Shown here: positions 1-13,790 of the stretch, in pieces
How the letters are laid out: each line of letters opens with the position of its first letter
Position numbering within the stretch: the first letter of the stretch is position 1
DNA from: Eledone cirrhosa
Lineage: Eukaryota
NCBI GenBank assembly: GCA_964016885.1
Contig: CAXHJY010001064.1
Location: forward strand, 10,789 to 74,788
Length of the DNA: 64,000 nucleotides
Reading direction: 5' to 3'
The notes under the pieces: model-generated
The model's input: only the letters and a program-made list of their open reading frames with translations
Told to the model about the DNA's origin: nothing
Database searches by the model: none
Program-made: the position numbers and the translations under genes

Positions 1-114
1 AGAAATTATCAAAAGGCGTGCCTTTTTCTTCGTCTTAGCCGCCAACCACGGTGATTCTGAATTCGTCAGTTACAGAACATAGATTGTCAACAACAAAAAA
101 GCACACTCACAAGT

Positions 115-465
115 TTAACACTTTCGTGGCCATGACCATATTTCTAATGAAATACATTCTGCTTAAATTAAGTAATGAAGACATTTGAGCGAATTTCTAA
201 AATTATTCATTATTTCGTAACTAAGATAGTCACTTAACATATGGTTCTTATATAAAATCGGTGGTTTAGTTTCGTAGAACCAGGGATAGTTTTAGGTAGA
301 TTGGTATAAAAGGGTTAAATAGGCACCCTTTAAAATTGGTACTTTTCTTTCTTATAAGCAGAGCTAATTTTGTGTGGGTAGGTATTAAAGGGATTAAATA
401 GGACCTCTTTAAAAAGGGTGGTTTTGTTTCATAGAACTAGGGCCGGTTTGTGTGGACTTAAACAG
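115..465. mobile_element. piggyBac-like MITE (TTAA-flanked), with tandemly reiterated right end
   Basis: TTAA at 115-118 and GGG-TTAA at 312-318. The body (gaccatatttctaatgaaatac...catagaaccaggg...ggtat.aaagggttaa) recurs at ~30964-31243. Confidence 0.5.
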
Positions 466-505
466 GAACAGTGAATGAAACAAAATGAAAAATCAACGCA
501 AGTTA

Positions 506-897
506 CGTCTTCCAGCGTAGTTACGTCCCTTTACGATCTGAGTTCAAATCCCGCCGAGGTTAACTTTGCCTTTCATCCTTACGGGGTCGATAAAATAAAG
601 TACCAGTAATGTACTGGGTAATTGCTGGCCTTGTGCCAAAAAGTAGAAACAATTGTTTCTACTTTTGGCACAAGGCCAGCATTTAAACCAGTGTATTACT
701 GGTACTTTATTTTATCGACCCCGTAAGGATGAGGTCGATGAAACTTAACTTGCGTTGATTTTTCATATCCCGTCGAGGTTAACTTTGCCTTTCATCCTTA
801 CGGGGTAAAGCACCAGTAAGTACTGGAGTCGATTTAATCGACTTTCCCCTCCTCTTCAGATTGCTGGCGTTGTGCTAAAGAAAGTAGAAACAATTAT
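506..897. mobile_element. Cluster of tRNA-derived SINE copies (+, inverted -, +)
   Basis: B-box-like gagttcaaatcc, central gcctttcatccttacggggtcgataaaataaagtaccagt and tail gctggccttgtgccaaaaagtagaaacaatt. The same family occurs more than 10 times in the window. Confidence 0.85.
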
Positions 898-1954
898 TTA
901 TTGAGATCCTAAAAAATAAATCATAGCATCTCATTCTTTTTCATCTAAAATAAAGAGCCTAAAGGCATGTTGAAAGATAAATACCAACTAAACCTTATGA
1001 TAGTTTAAAGTTAAATGTTTCGCTCGAACGAAGATTGCCCATACTCTCTGCTTCCGTCTATCGTTGTCAGTATCAGGAACTGACAAACCCAGCTCTATCC
1101 ACTGAATTAAAACTTCCTCCATCTCCCTGGTGGAACTAGTCCATGTTGGAAAGGAGAGGATGTTACTCACTAAAAGGGAGCAAACGTGGATGGAGGAAAG
1201 AAAGCAGGTAGAGACAGAGATGTTATTTACTCAAACCGAGACCTCCAAACTGTTTGGGCAAGGCATGTGCAAATGGTCTGTTAAAATTATGTGAACTGCG
1301 TGTTTATTCAAGTTCACTTGGCGATCAAAAATATATCTTACAGATACATGAGTTACTCTCCGTGGATAACAAAAACACAAAAATTACGGTTACATTATTC
1401 TTACCTCCCTTGCATATCTCGTGTATAATAACATCAACCATCGTATTACTTGCCTGAAAGATGAAACATCATCGTTGTCGTCGTCAACATAATCATCACC
1501 GTTTAACGACCATTTTTCCACGCTTTCATGTGTAAGATTAGTTGTTCCGTTGTGAAATATGAATGTGTATATGTACGTGTGTGTGTGTGTGTGTGTTTAG
1601 AAAACCTGCTAGAGTGTTAATTTGCTGGATTACTTTCGTCATAATTCTATAAAATAACCGTTGTTAAGGTGCATTCCAAACACTAGTTAAATAATAAGAA
1701 ATCTAATTATATTACTAAATCTCTCTACTTTCTTTATTTGAAATTAATAGGCAGTGTCATCTATTAGAAATATGGTAACGAAAATGTTAATGCAGGCAAA
1801 TTGACTGTTTAACTGATGAAAAATGTCCCAACACTCTCGATGTGAGTGATTGACAGCAGGAAGTGTAAGGGTCATCCACTTGAAACTGAAAATAAAAGCA
1901 AAATAAAAACAAAATAAATAAATCTGATTCAATAATACACAAATGTACAAAATT

Positions 1955-2575
1955 GAGAACTGCCTGTAAGGTGTTAGTGCTGGAGTCATGATAAAAAACA
2001 TCCATTCCACTATGTGAGGAGGTAGTGCTGGTGCAATTTCAAAAAGCACCTAGTCTCCCCAGTAGGGTGGTAGTGACAGAATTACAACAACAAAAACATC
2101 CAGTCAACCCTGTAAGGTGGTATGGCTGGTGCCACAATAAAAAGCACCTAGTTCACCCTGTAAGGTGGAACTGACAAAGTCACATTAAAAAGTATCCAGC
2201 CTACACTGTAAGATGGGAGTGCTGGTGCCATGATAAAAAGCAACCAGTCTACCCTATGAAGTCATAGTGATGGTGCTAGGATAAAAAGTACCTAGTCCAT
2301 CCTGTAAGGTGAGAGTGCTGATGCTTTGATAAAATGATCCCAGTACATGCTGTAAAGTGGTTAGTGTTAAGAAGGGAATTTAGCCATAGAAACCAAGCCA
2401 AAAATGAAGCGTGTATGAGCAAGATATAGTCGTCTGGTCAGTTTGCATGTTGTAAAAAGCAACTAAAAGGGTTAGTAACAGGAAGGGCATCTGGCTATAA
2501 AATATTACCTCACAAAGTCCTGCCCAACCCATGCCATCATGGAAAATTCGATGTAGAACCAATGATGATGGTGAT
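1955..2575 (+). repeat. RTE LINE 3'-UTR-derived element with ~40-bp degenerate tandem units
   Basis: Repeated aaaaagcacc(c/t)agtc(c)accctgtaaggtgg units ending in ggaagggcatc...cccatgc...(gat)n, matching the RTE 3' end at 39300-39640. Confidence 0.7.
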
Positions 2576-2619
2576 ATCATGTTTTGGTATATACAATTAC
2601 ACATCTATTATAGCATGCA

Positions 2620-2830
2620 TATCTAGCTTCATTCCAATATTTATACATCCTCTTGCACATAAAGCCCAAGTCTCATTTCCATGCAGCATCATAGTTTGTA
2701 CTCAAGCTCCATAATATATATATTTCACATTGAAGTAGAAATACTTTGTAGCCAGCAATGGTAGTAGATCCGACATTTGTCTCACTCTGGCTACTGTACT
2801 TTCAGAACACCTACCAACATTACTAATGTT
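2620..2830 (-). pseudogene. Highly decayed RTE LINE fragment
   Basis: actctggctactgtactttcagaacacc matches RTE coding sequence at ~19700-19730. Confidence 0.6.
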
Positions 2831-2879
2831 TATATTTTGATTTTAGCATCTGATGAGTAGATCAATACCAGAGTCATAT

Positions 2880-3700
2880 CAATTTTCAATGTAGGATAAT
2901 AATTTTGTCTGCATATGCAGACATGACCCTCCTATGTTTGAACAGGTTGGCCCTCAACATTGCCAATATTTACAACAATAGCTCAAGCCCCAAAGTATCC
3001 AGAAGAGATAAAATGGGAATCCTTAACAGATCAAGCACATATTTGAAATGGCTTCAATAGGTGGCATGTTAGTTTGACCACTGAATATAAGCTTCTGTAT
3101 AATCTAATGGTTCGGGGTCTGAAGATGGTATTGAAACTGACAGTTTAGAACATCCTCCAAGTAATGGTGTTCAACTCTGTCAAATACATTAGACTGATCT
3201 AAATGGTTTAAACCCCTACCAAAGCCACATCAAGTCCTGAATCATTCTACAATATATTGCATGATGTGGTGTATATCCATTGAGGATTGCCTATATTTGT
3301 ACATCTTTGGCTACACTACTGAATAACGTACTAACCTCATAGCAATCACCTTTGCCAAAAGATTTTAACTTTGTGTCTAGCAGAGTCATGGGTCTAGAAT
3401 TATCTATTATGTCCATATTGTTCAGATACTTCAGCAGCAGTGTAACCACTCTTCAGCTCACACAAGTTAGAATGCTCCCAATCAACTATCATTTGTTGTA
3501 GACAGCTGCCAAGACTGTATTTTAACATAACAAACAAGTTTGGTACATTACAATACAGTTTGTAGCACAGGTCATTCAGTCTTGGCAATTTGCCCCTTAC
3601 ATTACTTATTAAGGTTGTCATTATTTTTCCTACTGAAATTAGCTTTTCACATTAATTTGTGGTTTTCAGCAAGCATCAAGGTAAACATCAAAGTTTACCA
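2880..3700 (-). pseudogene. Decayed Tx1/L1-type LINE reverse transcriptase remnant
   Basis: Minus-strand motifs in RT order, with frameshifts: GKLPRLNDL, DNSRPMTLL, HLDQSNVFDRVEHHYL (cf. LDQSKAFDRVDH), LLDTLGLELL and SAYADKI (YADD). Confidence 0.6.
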
Positions 3701-4270
3701 TCTTATCCCATTGCTCTTTGTGAACATTTATGTGAAGTAGTGTACACATTTGCTTCAAATCAGATATGTACTCATTACACTCTGTCAAAGATCAAAGTGT
3801 AGTTTTGTTGCTTTGCTGTGCCTCTACCACCTGGGACCATTCAACGGTTTATGCTTCCTTTTGTTTCTTAGCATGTGTTCTAACCTAAATAAGTTCTTCG
3901 TGTTTTATGCTGAAATAATGTTCAATGGTAATTTTCACTGCTAGCACTTATTTTTATTTGCCTCCTCTAGTTCCTCCTCTAGTTTGTTCTCTGTTGTAAC
4001 ACCAAGTGATGGAAATGAAGGGAGCTCATTCTTCTACTTTTGTGTTTCCAGGGAGGAGCAGTCTTAGTTATATAGCACCTACCACTCACCTTCCCAACCT
4101 CAGCCTCAAGTCTTTAGCATACTCCTAATTCCTAAAACCTATTTCCATCACTCATTACACCTTCACTAAAGCTAAGATATGTGGCTCTATTTTTTCTCTA
4201 AATGAAACCAAACAAATATTGTTAATAATTCTGCCCATTAATTGTCACTTACTTACATGTTAATCCAGCC

Positions 4271-4442
4271 CAGTGCCGGATTTAGGACAAATGTGGCCAT
4301 ATGCTAGTTAAGTTATGAGGCCCCTTACTTGTAAAAAATTCATCATAAAAAAAAATTTGGCAGGAAGATACCCCTCCCCCCTCCCCAGAAAATGGGGCCC
4401 TGTGCTTAAGCACACCTAAACACAATGGTAAATCCAGCAATG
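4271..4442. mobile_element. hAT-type MITE (172 bp)
   Basis: TIRs cagtgccggattta / taaatccagcaatg. Exact 8-bp TSD atccagcc at 4263-4270 and 4443-4450. Confidence 0.85.
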
Positions 4443-5003
4443 ATCCAGCCCTTGAACATTTTCCATACTAGGAAGTGCATGTTCAGCTTCAATAGCTGAA
4501 TCCCTGTCTATTAGTATTGACCAAGTTGACTGTACAAATCACAAAATTTGTCTGTTTAGTCAACTACACAAAATTTATTGACTAACTGAATAAAAACTTT
4601 ATTAAAGTATGACCTGGATAATCTGCAGAGGTTTTTCCAAATACAAATTGGCACATATTGGAAATCCGATAACCTGTCCAACAATCTGAACAACAGAGAA
4701 AATCTCCAATTTTTGCTGCTATATATGACATATTTTTGGCATGGTTTTTATGACTGGGTGACTTTACTATGGACAACCAATTTACAATATTTTATCATAT
4801 CACTAGCAAATATACACCATGGAAAATGGACATTAAATGATGATGATATACAAATAATGTTTGGTCAATATTGATAATTTTTGGCCAGTATTGGCCCAAC
4901 CCATGTTTAATTTAAAAACACCACACATATATATATATATATGAGGATGGATTCAGTTTGAAACTAAATAGACCATTACTCAACAGAGTACTTGATAGTT
5001 GGA

Positions 5004-5135
5004 GTAGTAAAGTATGGTTATATTATATAGAGTCAGGTAGTAAAGTATGGTTATATTATATAGAGTCAGGTAGTAAAATATGGTTATATTATATAGAGTC
5101 AGGTAGTAAAGTATGGTTATATTATATAGAGTCAG
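5004..5135. repeat. 33-bp minisatellite x4
   Basis: Unit gtagtaaagtatggttatattatatagagtcag. Confidence 0.95.
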
Positions 5136-5216
5136 GACCCAACGGCTGAGCTGTTGTCATTTCAGCAGCTGTCTGGAACTAGCTGTTGAAATGGCAAGAG
5201 CTCAGCCATCAACTTT

Positions 5217-5261
<45 letters not shown>

Positions 5262-5900
5262 AAGGCACATGTTAAATAAGGATTATATAAATATATATAA
5301 TGAAAATGATTGTGTACAGTGCTCAGGTGTGAACAGTGTATGAGTCATGATATACACACATGAATATTAACATCACCATAACCATCCCTTTAATGTCTGC
5401 TTTCCCTGCTAGCAATGGTTGGACATGTCTATATAGATCAAGTCAGTGCTGAAGCAGAGCTACTGACCTCCCAGGCAGGCTAGGTATCTGCATCTCGCTT
5501 ATGTATGGTCTCACGTTCTACTGAATGCACAAAAGAAGGTGTCATGATATGACACAACTGAAGGGTCCTTCCAACCTTTTGTTTAGCAAGTTTTCTACAG
5601 CTAGATGCCCTTCCTATCACACAAACCTCAGAACTGAAATGACAAAGGATTACAATGGTTGGTAGATCATATTTCTTCTCATAATCTTCTGCCCTGCTAC
5701 ACATATCCTCCCACCTTCTATCCACTATATCTCACACTCTTCTCATCAGAATCACTCCCACTCACTTTCTTTTTTCAGATCCTCTATATCACACAGCCCA
5801 CAAATTAAGGGTAGATTGGGATCTGTCAGATTCCTATGACCGTCTCTCTCCTTCCCATATTCTTCTTTGCTAGATGCTGCCTACATTAAGAGGGATGATT

Positions 5901-6194
5901 TTAACCCTTTAGTGTTCAAACCGGCCAGAATTATCTACCTCTTCCTGTTGAAACTGGCTGTAACTGGACGCTCAAACTGATGTTAAGGTATTGTTTTCAA
6001 AATAAATACTTTCAAAATCTCATAGATTAAAATATAATAGTATATATAAAATAATTGTTTCTACTTTAAGCACAAGGCCAGCAATTACCCAGTACATTAC
6101 TGGTACTTTATTTTATCGACCCCGTAAGGACGAAAGGCAAAGTTAACCTCGGCGGGATTGTATATATAAAATAATGTGAATGCTAACGGGTTAA
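5901..6194. mobile_element. piggyBac-like MITE containing a SINE insertion
   Basis: TTAA-ccctttagtgttca ... tgaatgctaacggg-TTAA. Same family at 17050, 26660, 29633 and 32293. Confidence 0.8.
6056..6159 (-). mobile_element. 5'-truncated SINE
   Basis: SINE core and tail, with 16-bp TSD gtatatataaaataat at 6040-6055 and 6160-6175. Confidence 0.85.
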
Positions 6195-6467
6195 TCCTAC
6201 ATATATTCAAATCCCACTTTTGCCTCAAATTTTGTGAAGTATTCCCCCCACTACCACCAATGCATTTGTATGTATATATGTATATATGAGTGTGTATGTA
6301 TATATATGTATGTATGTGAATGTATATATATATATATATATATCAACATTATTATCATTGTTTAAGGTTCATTTTCCACATTAGCATGAGTTAGACATAT
6401 ATATAGAGAGAAGGGAGATAGTGAGAAAGACAGACAGTGTATGTGTTTGTTTGTCTGCCTGTATGTA

Positions 6468-6570
<103 letters not shown>

Positions 6571-7308
6571 AAGAGAGAAAGAGAGAGAGAGGGAGAGCAA
6601 CAGTGTGAAGTTGTTATAGTCAGCTTTTATCAGTGGAATTTACCCCTCACACTGCAAAAATAAAATAAAAAGTTTAAAGAAATAAAACATACAGAAGACT
6701 TTGTTATCAAACCATTGGTAACTAACAGGCACTACCTACCAATACAGGCCATTTTAGTAAACAAGTTAAATGATGCCATAGCTACTAAGTAGGAATTGTT
6801 CTATGATTACTACATTGGCTAATATCTGCCAAGATTATTATATCCAAATGATAGATGATCCTGTAGACATGCTTATGGGAATAGAATATTACCAAATAAC
6901 TTGTTGTTTTTAAATATAAGTATACTAATATCATTGAAGAATAGCTGGGATGGATTTTCACCTGTTTCGATGATGAGTGTTTCCAGTTGTTTGATCAATG
7001 GAACATTCTGCTCATGAAATTAATGTGTAAGTGTCTGAGCTTTCCACAGTTACCATGTGTACCCTTAATGAAATTTCTCTGGTAAAGAATATCTAAGACA
7101 GGTGCTTTGAATTATATGCAGTCTATCCAATGGGCTTCCAAACAGTTTCCGTATACCAAAATTCACTCACAAGGCATGGGTCAATCTGGGGCTAAGGTAA
7201 TGACACTTGCTCAAGATGTCAAGTAATTGGATCGAACTTGGAACCTAATGATTATGAAGCAGACATGTTAACCATTCAGCCATGCTGTGTCCACAAATAA
7301 ATAATAAT

Positions 7309-7491
7309 TGTTTCTACTTTTGGCACAAGGCCAACAATTATCTCAGTGTGTTACTGGTACTTTATTTTATTGACCCCGTAAGGATGAAAGGCAAAGTTAA
7401 CCTCGGCGGGATTTGAACTCAGAATGGCAAGGGCCATAACTCTAATATCATGGTGTTCGACCCTCTACTGATACTGCCAATCCACCGCCAA
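7309..7491 (-). mobile_element. SINE, near full length
   Basis: tRNA-like head tggcggtggattggcagtatcagtagagg and B box. TSD tccacaaataaataataat at 7290-7308 and 7492-7510. Confidence 0.85.
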
Positions 7492-7909
7492 TCCACAAAT
7501 AAATAATAATAACAATACTTGTGTCTCCAACACAACCCCTTCACAGGTTGGGCTGGTTGCTTTTGTTGTGTCGATGTCATGCCCACTTTACAGGGTGGGC
7601 TGGGCATTTATTGTCATGTCATACTACCAGCCTGACCACTCCACTGAGTGAACCAAACACCTTCTGTTGTACCACCAATATGACTACCTTTCAGTGGAAG
7701 CTGGGTGCTGTTTGCCATGGCACCAAAACGACCACTTCACAGTTTGGACTGGGGGCTTGGGTGGTGAGGTGTATGGGGATTGGGGACAAATATCTAAGGA
7801 CGTCGGTGTGGGGTGGAGTGTTAGGATGTGGGAGGTGTATGGAAGGGGGAAGTTGAGGAAAGTGGTGCATACTAGATGTATGCTTCAACCCACGCACATG
7901 GGAAAACAG

Positions 7910-8655
7910 ATAATAATAATAATAATAATATTAATAATAATAATAATAATGAAATTATTGTGTAAAGTGCTCAGGTGCACTACAACTCGTCAATATAGTA
8001 CATAGAATAATACACAAATGTCAGGGAAGTACATGTGTGTATGTGTTAGCTGTTCTGTTGGCGGATCTCGGGAAGCATGGAGGCCTTAAAGGATGCAGTG
8101 TCTCGACAGCTAACAACTGATGCAGGTAGTTTGTTCCATGCTTCAGCAACTCTGAACGTGAAAAAATGTTTCCGAAAGTCATGGGAACTGTGCTGTTTTC
8201 TTACTTTGTGGGCATGTCCACGTGTGTTAGACACATGGAAATCGAAAAGGTACTCAGGGTTGTTGTTGGCAACATGGTTAACAATTTTGTGGGTGTTTAC
8301 CAAGTCAGTTGCCAGGCGTCGGAGCTTCAATGAATCCATGCCCAGGGAAGCAAGGCGCTCAGAGTATGGTAGATGCCTGATGGAGGGTATTCGCTTGGTT
8401 GCACGTCTCTGAACAGTTTCCAGGCGGTCAATGTCCTGAGCAAGATAGGGGTTCCAGACTGGTGATGCAAATTCTAAGTGTGGTCGCACCATAGCTGTAT
8501 ACAGCCTTAAATAGATATCTGGAGAGCGGCTGACAAAGGTCTTGCTGAGTGATGCTAAGACACCCTCGGCCCTCTTGACAATTTTAGAGACGTGCCTCGT
8601 CCAACGCAAATCGCTGCTGACCGTAATGCCCAGGTCACGTTCACAGGAAGCTTCT
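7910..8655 (-). mobile_element. 5'-truncated CR1-clade LINE (ORF2 C-terminus, 3' UTR, (TTA)n tail)
   Basis: ORF 8046-8705 has ERDLGI...LYTAMVRPHLEFASPVWNP...LETVQRRATK...TRGH...WNKLP, typical of the CR1 ORF2 end. (taa)n at 7910-7950. Confidence 0.9.
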
Positions 8656-9389
8656 GTATAACTGCATAATGCCAATATATGTATACAATACTGAGAGACA
8701 GGCACTCACACACAACTGCTGTGTCCTACAATTAAACATGTATTATGCATGTATGCATCACTGGCCTGTAAAATGTTTTTGTTGAGTAGCCAAAATAACA
8801 TCCCAGTGTCATTTTAAGCTACCTATCCTCCATGTTTCCATGTATAAATTGCTCTATTTCCATTATTATACTATCTGTTAAAACTATTTCAACCCATCAG
8901 CCAACAATGGAGCTTCTATATTAATACACGACTTGCTAGAAATAGCAGCTAAATTACCTGAAAATTACGTCTTACTATTTTGAAAACTGAAAGGACATAT
9001 TGGATAATGCTTTGTAGTCTTAGATACACTGTCTGAATTTATAGTATAACGCACAATGTAATATATAATTGAATTAACTATCACCTTATGCACTAAAATT
9101 AGGCAAATTGGCATGCGCCGTTTTCCGTTGCTGTCATATTTGATGGATGTATAAAAAGTCTTTAGTTATATATTTCTCTGTACATTGAGAAGGATGTAGA
9201 TAGCTTTTGATGCTGATTTTAACAAAGATTGAAACCCTGATCAAGCTGTTCATATTTTTCAATATATGGAGAAGTATGTAAATAAGAAAAGTTTGCATGT
9301 TTAAATATATAAAGATGTGTATTTACATCCACACCTCTTGCAGTTTTGTTTAAAATCTGTAGAGATATGAGTTTATTGTATATTTCAGC

Positions 9390-9905
9390 TGTGGTTGTGT
9401 TGGTAGCATGGTAAAAGGCACCCAGACCATTCTATAAAGTGGTCATGTTGGTGACATGACAAAAAGCACCCACTCCACCCTGTAAAGTGGTTGTATGTGA
9501 CACATCAGAAAGCACCCAGCCCACCATGTAAAGTGGCCGTGTTGGTGACACAAGGGAAAGCATCCAGTCCACCCTGTAAAGAGGTTGTGTTGGTGACACA
9601 ACAAAAAGCACCCAGCCCACCATGTAATGTGCTTGTACTGGTGACTCAATGAAAAAGTGCCCAGTCCATCCTGTAACGTGTTCATTTTGATGCCAGGACA
9701 AAAAGCACCCAGTCCATTCTGTAAATGCGGTTGGAATTAGGAAGGGCATCCAGTTATAGAAACCAAGTCAGAAAACAGTTCTATATGAACAAGAGACATG
9801 GTCACCTGCTCTAATTTGTCTCACAATGGGACAACTCGCCTAACTCATGCTAGTGTGGAAAATGGGCATTAAACGATGGTGATGATGATAATGATAATGA
9901 TAAAT
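9390..9905 (+). repeat. RTE 3'-UTR-derived element with ~40-bp tandem units
   Basis: About 8 aaaagcacccagtccaccctgtaaagtgg units, then taggaagggcatccag...gggcattaaacgatggtgatgat. Confidence 0.75.
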
Positions 9906-9929
9906 GTATGAGTGTGAGGAAAACCATAA

Positions 9930-10400
9930 TCAAGTTCATGGGAGAGGGAGAAAAGATATCAATCACAGTTAGAACAGCAAAGAACCAGTTGTGTAAATAT
10001 AAAAGTTGATCTTTTGAAAAAATGTAGTAGTTTCCCCAAACCATCCAGACAACCTTGAAACCAGATATAGTCCTGTAGGCTGAAAAGGTAAAGAAAATCC
10101 TTCTAATCGAACTCACATTCTCATGGGAAGAAGAATGCAGCTCAGTCTTTGAATAGAAAAGTGTCATATACTAAAACTCTTTGCATGAGTGCAAGGAGAA
10201 AGGATGGTAGACATGGATCTTGCATTTGACGCTAGCATTAGAGGATTCCCTGTTTAGTTAATATGAAGAATGGTTACAGAAATTAGAATGACAAGGAGGG
10301 AGAAGATAGTAGCATGCAGGATAGGGGAAGCAGCAAAAAGAGACACTTGTTGGTTATAGATTAGGAGAGAGGAGCTAAGCTGGAAGCCAAGAAAAGAAGA
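9930..10400 (+). pseudogene. Decayed HERO/NeSL-like non-LTR element, restriction-like endonuclease domain
   Basis: Plus-strand TIQTTLKPDIVL*AEKVKKILLIELTFSWEEEC...ECKEKGW with stops, a PD-(D/E)xK RLE pattern. Confidence 0.65.
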
Positions 10401-10991
10401 GGGGCAGTGATTTGACCACCAATATTGGTTCAGGTACAAAAAATCTAATGAACATTGGACATATGTATAATAAACATACATTAGTTTTGCTATGAGTATT
10501 TCAAGCTGTCATCATATCACAGCTACCTGAACATTTGTGTGTGTGTGTGTAAGAGAGAGAGAGAGAGAGAGAGAGTGTGTGTGTGTCTGTGCATGTTTTT
10601 GCAATGACACTATTTAAGCAAACTATGACATTTGTTTATGTCCCACATAAACAATGTGTCAAACAGTTTAGCAGTAAATACTATATTTAAGTTATGGGTT
10701 GGTGTCAGAAAGGGCATCAAGCCCTAGAATACTACAAGCATGGAAAAGTGAATCAGGCCCACAAGGAGATATAGTTTTCTGTTCTAAGTGGTAAGGCTAT
10801 GGTATTAATTCATACATGTTTCATTTCATTAGCTTTTGTTTTACATTATAGTCAGGAGGGCGGTAAAGTCATTGGAACATTTGATAGAAAGCTGAGCCAT
10901 ATTTATTCTGGTTCATGGCATACTGAGTTCAAATCCTATCAAGGTCAACTTTGCCTGGCAAAATAATAAAGTACTAGTTTTGTACAGGGGT

Positions 10992-11812
10992 CATCATCAT
11001 CATCATCACCATCACCGTTTTACGTCCGTTCTTCCACGCTAGCATGGGTTAGACGGGTTGTCCTGTTGTGGGCAGTGTCTGGTCGGCTGACCATGCCTTG
11101 CTCATACAGGAACTGATCTGGCTTGATTTCTACAGCTGGATGCCCTTCCTAACACCAACCTCATTTACAGTGAGTGCTGGGTGCTTTTTCGTGGCGCCTA
11201 CACGTCCACTTTACAGTGTGGGCTGGGTGCTTTTTTGCCGTGGCACCTCCACGACCACCTTGTGGTGGTGGGGGGGGGGGGGGGGGGGCATATTGTCTAT
11301 ATGCTTCAGCTTGTACCCATGGGAGGTCGGGTACTCTGTATTACTGCGTGACACCAGAGGGCATGGTCGTGTGTCATCGCTTTTGAGAGGTGTAATTGGG
11401 TAAGGTCGGCTTTTATCACCTCATCCCAGGTCATCTTGGGTCTCCCCACTCCGCGGTTTCCATCAACTTCTAGTGCTCTGCACCTTTTTATGCAGCTGTC
11501 ATCCTTCATACACATCATATGTCCATACCAGCGCAACCGCCTCTCCTGGACACAGCATTTGATTCCTCTTATGCTCAGTCTCTCTCTCAATTCATTTATG
11601 CTTTGTCGTTCACGTATATTACTGTTACACATCCATCGGAGCATGCAGGCTTCGTTTCTCTCTAATCTACGTAAGTCTTCCACCTTCAACGCCCAGGTCT
11701 CACTACCATGCAACATTGTTGTTCGGATACACGCATCATACAGTCTGCCTTTCATTCTGAGGGAGAAGCCTTTTGCAGCTAGCAGTGGTAGTAGTTCCCT
11801 AAACTTCTTCCA
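10992..11812 (-). mobile_element. 5'-truncated RTE LINE (family A) with (GAT)n tail
   Basis: ORF 11306-11755 (MKGRLYDACIRTTMLHGSETW...RRLRWYGH) is homologous to 40706-42835. (cat)n at 10992-11014. Confidence 0.9.
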
Positions 11813-13394
11813 TCAATATAATCAATTTATCCCTATCCCTAAAATGTGTGGCCTCATGCTAAAATTAGAAACCATTATAGTTAGAAGAGGAAGAGCAATG
11901 ACCACGACCTTCACAAGCCCTCCAAGACTGGTGTGATTGGTGTAGTTGATGTTTAACATGAACATCTATAAGTCAATATCCACAGGGAAACATGGATGAG
12001 GAGGGAATTCCTTAGTGTTTTAGTTCTAAGAAGGAAGGAGTGAACAAGATCTTTCATTTGGAGTCTAAAAGGTAAGACACACTGGAGTTGATAGGATTAA
12101 GCAAAGAGAAGGTTTAGTATTGTTAGTAAAGACAAAAAGAGAAAGGCTCATATTTTTTATCTTTCCTCTCCTTTTTCGTGTATTAGTTAGTGAACAGCTG
12201 CCTATCTGTCCCTGCAACAAAGAATGAAAGGGTACTACAGACTAGAGTACCCATAACATTTCAGATCGAAATGATTTTTAATTTAATATCTTAACTATGT
12301 AACAAAACAAGACTGGAAAACGGGATGGTCACATTTGGAGCAATGTTGATAAGTGATTTACTGGATCAAGGTTAACCTAGGGTTAACCAACAATAAATAG
12401 ACGGAGAATAAAATACCAAACAACAACAACACAAACAAAGACAAACATAAATATAGAAATAAATTTAGCAACAGCTGAAATAGCAGTAGTAGTAGCAGTA
12501 GAAACAATAAGAGCTACAACAGCTTTAGTAGCAGTTGTAGCTGTTAGTACAACTGTAGTAGACACAATGACTGTAGTAGCAACTATAGCAGAGACGATGA
12601 CTGTTATAGTAACATTAGTAGGAATAGTAGCATCAATAGTTTTTTTTTAGTTCAGCAGCAATGAATGTTAGCAAGGATGATAATAACAAGCCAGCAAGAG
12701 AGCTTCTAAGTGGTCACTTGACCTGTTAGAAATAACAGCCAAGCTTCCCTCAAATCAAACCATACTGTATTATATAAAGAGAGATAAATTGGATATACAA
12801 AACAACTGGATACTCATAAATGGAACACTTTTGATCATAGGTCTGCTCAATCAAAGCTGACCAGTGGCTAAACAACAACAATAAAAACTGTGGCTACTAA
12901 TGTTGTTGTTGTTTAGGCCAAGGTCTGTCTGTTACTGATGTCTGTCTATATTCTTACCTCCAGAGTGCACCATATTGAAGGAGGGGAACATGAAAAAAGG
13001 AACAAAGAAATATTATATTTAACTGTGTTGAGGTTAAAACTGATATCTTTCAGAAGTTAGGAAATAGTAGAAAGAGAGGGAGCTTACTAACCACAACCTA
13101 CAGAGTAAATAAATTTTCCTCCAGTGAGTGTGTACATATGAATTTACATTTACATGTATGGCCAATTGACAGAATCGGTAGAGTATAAGATAGAATGGCT
13201 TGCAATATTCAAACGAGTTCTTTGTATTTTGATATCAAATCACATTGAGTCAACTTTGCTATTTATTCGCTAGTGGTCGAAAAGTAAAGTACAAGTCCAT
13301 GGTGGATTGAGGAAATTGCTAAAGCATCAAATGGGCAAAATTCTTTGCAGTATCTGTTCCAGCTCTCTGCATTCTAAGTTCAAACTCTGCTTGT

Positions 13395-13790
13395 GTTAAA
13401 GGTGAGGACTAATCCTCATGACTATGGGAGCATCCTCTTCAAATCCACAGTTGGCCCACATAGGCTGGTATGCTCAGTATAAATAAACTTCAAATCTAAA
13501 GTCTGTCTTGAGCCCAGAGTCTTATCAAACCGAGGCTCATCAAACTGATGCTTATCCTGGTTTTCGTGGCATTAAGCGACTGAGAGTACAAGACTCTCCT
13601 AGGACAGGACACCAGTCCATCACAGGGGTAAACCCTCAGTTATTGCTGGTACTCATTTTAAGCTGAGTATACTGGAACAATGTGAAATGAAGTGTTTTGC
13701 TCAAGGACACAACACAGCAGAACCCAGTCCAGGAATCAAGCCCACAACATTATGATTCTAAGTCCAACACACTTACCATGCAGAGCCAGA
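13395..13790 (-). mobile_element. Second SINE family (tRNA head, conserved core)
   Basis: Minus-strand gtgttgtgtccttgagcaaaacacttcatttcacattgttccagtatactcagct..aaaatgagtacc. The core is shared with the SINE at 19310-19643. Confidence 0.6.

Noticed and set aside
9410-9730. CRISPR-like repeat/spacer appearance
   Set aside because: The units are degenerate tandem copies within an RTE 3' UTR. The context is eukaryotic and there are no cas genes.
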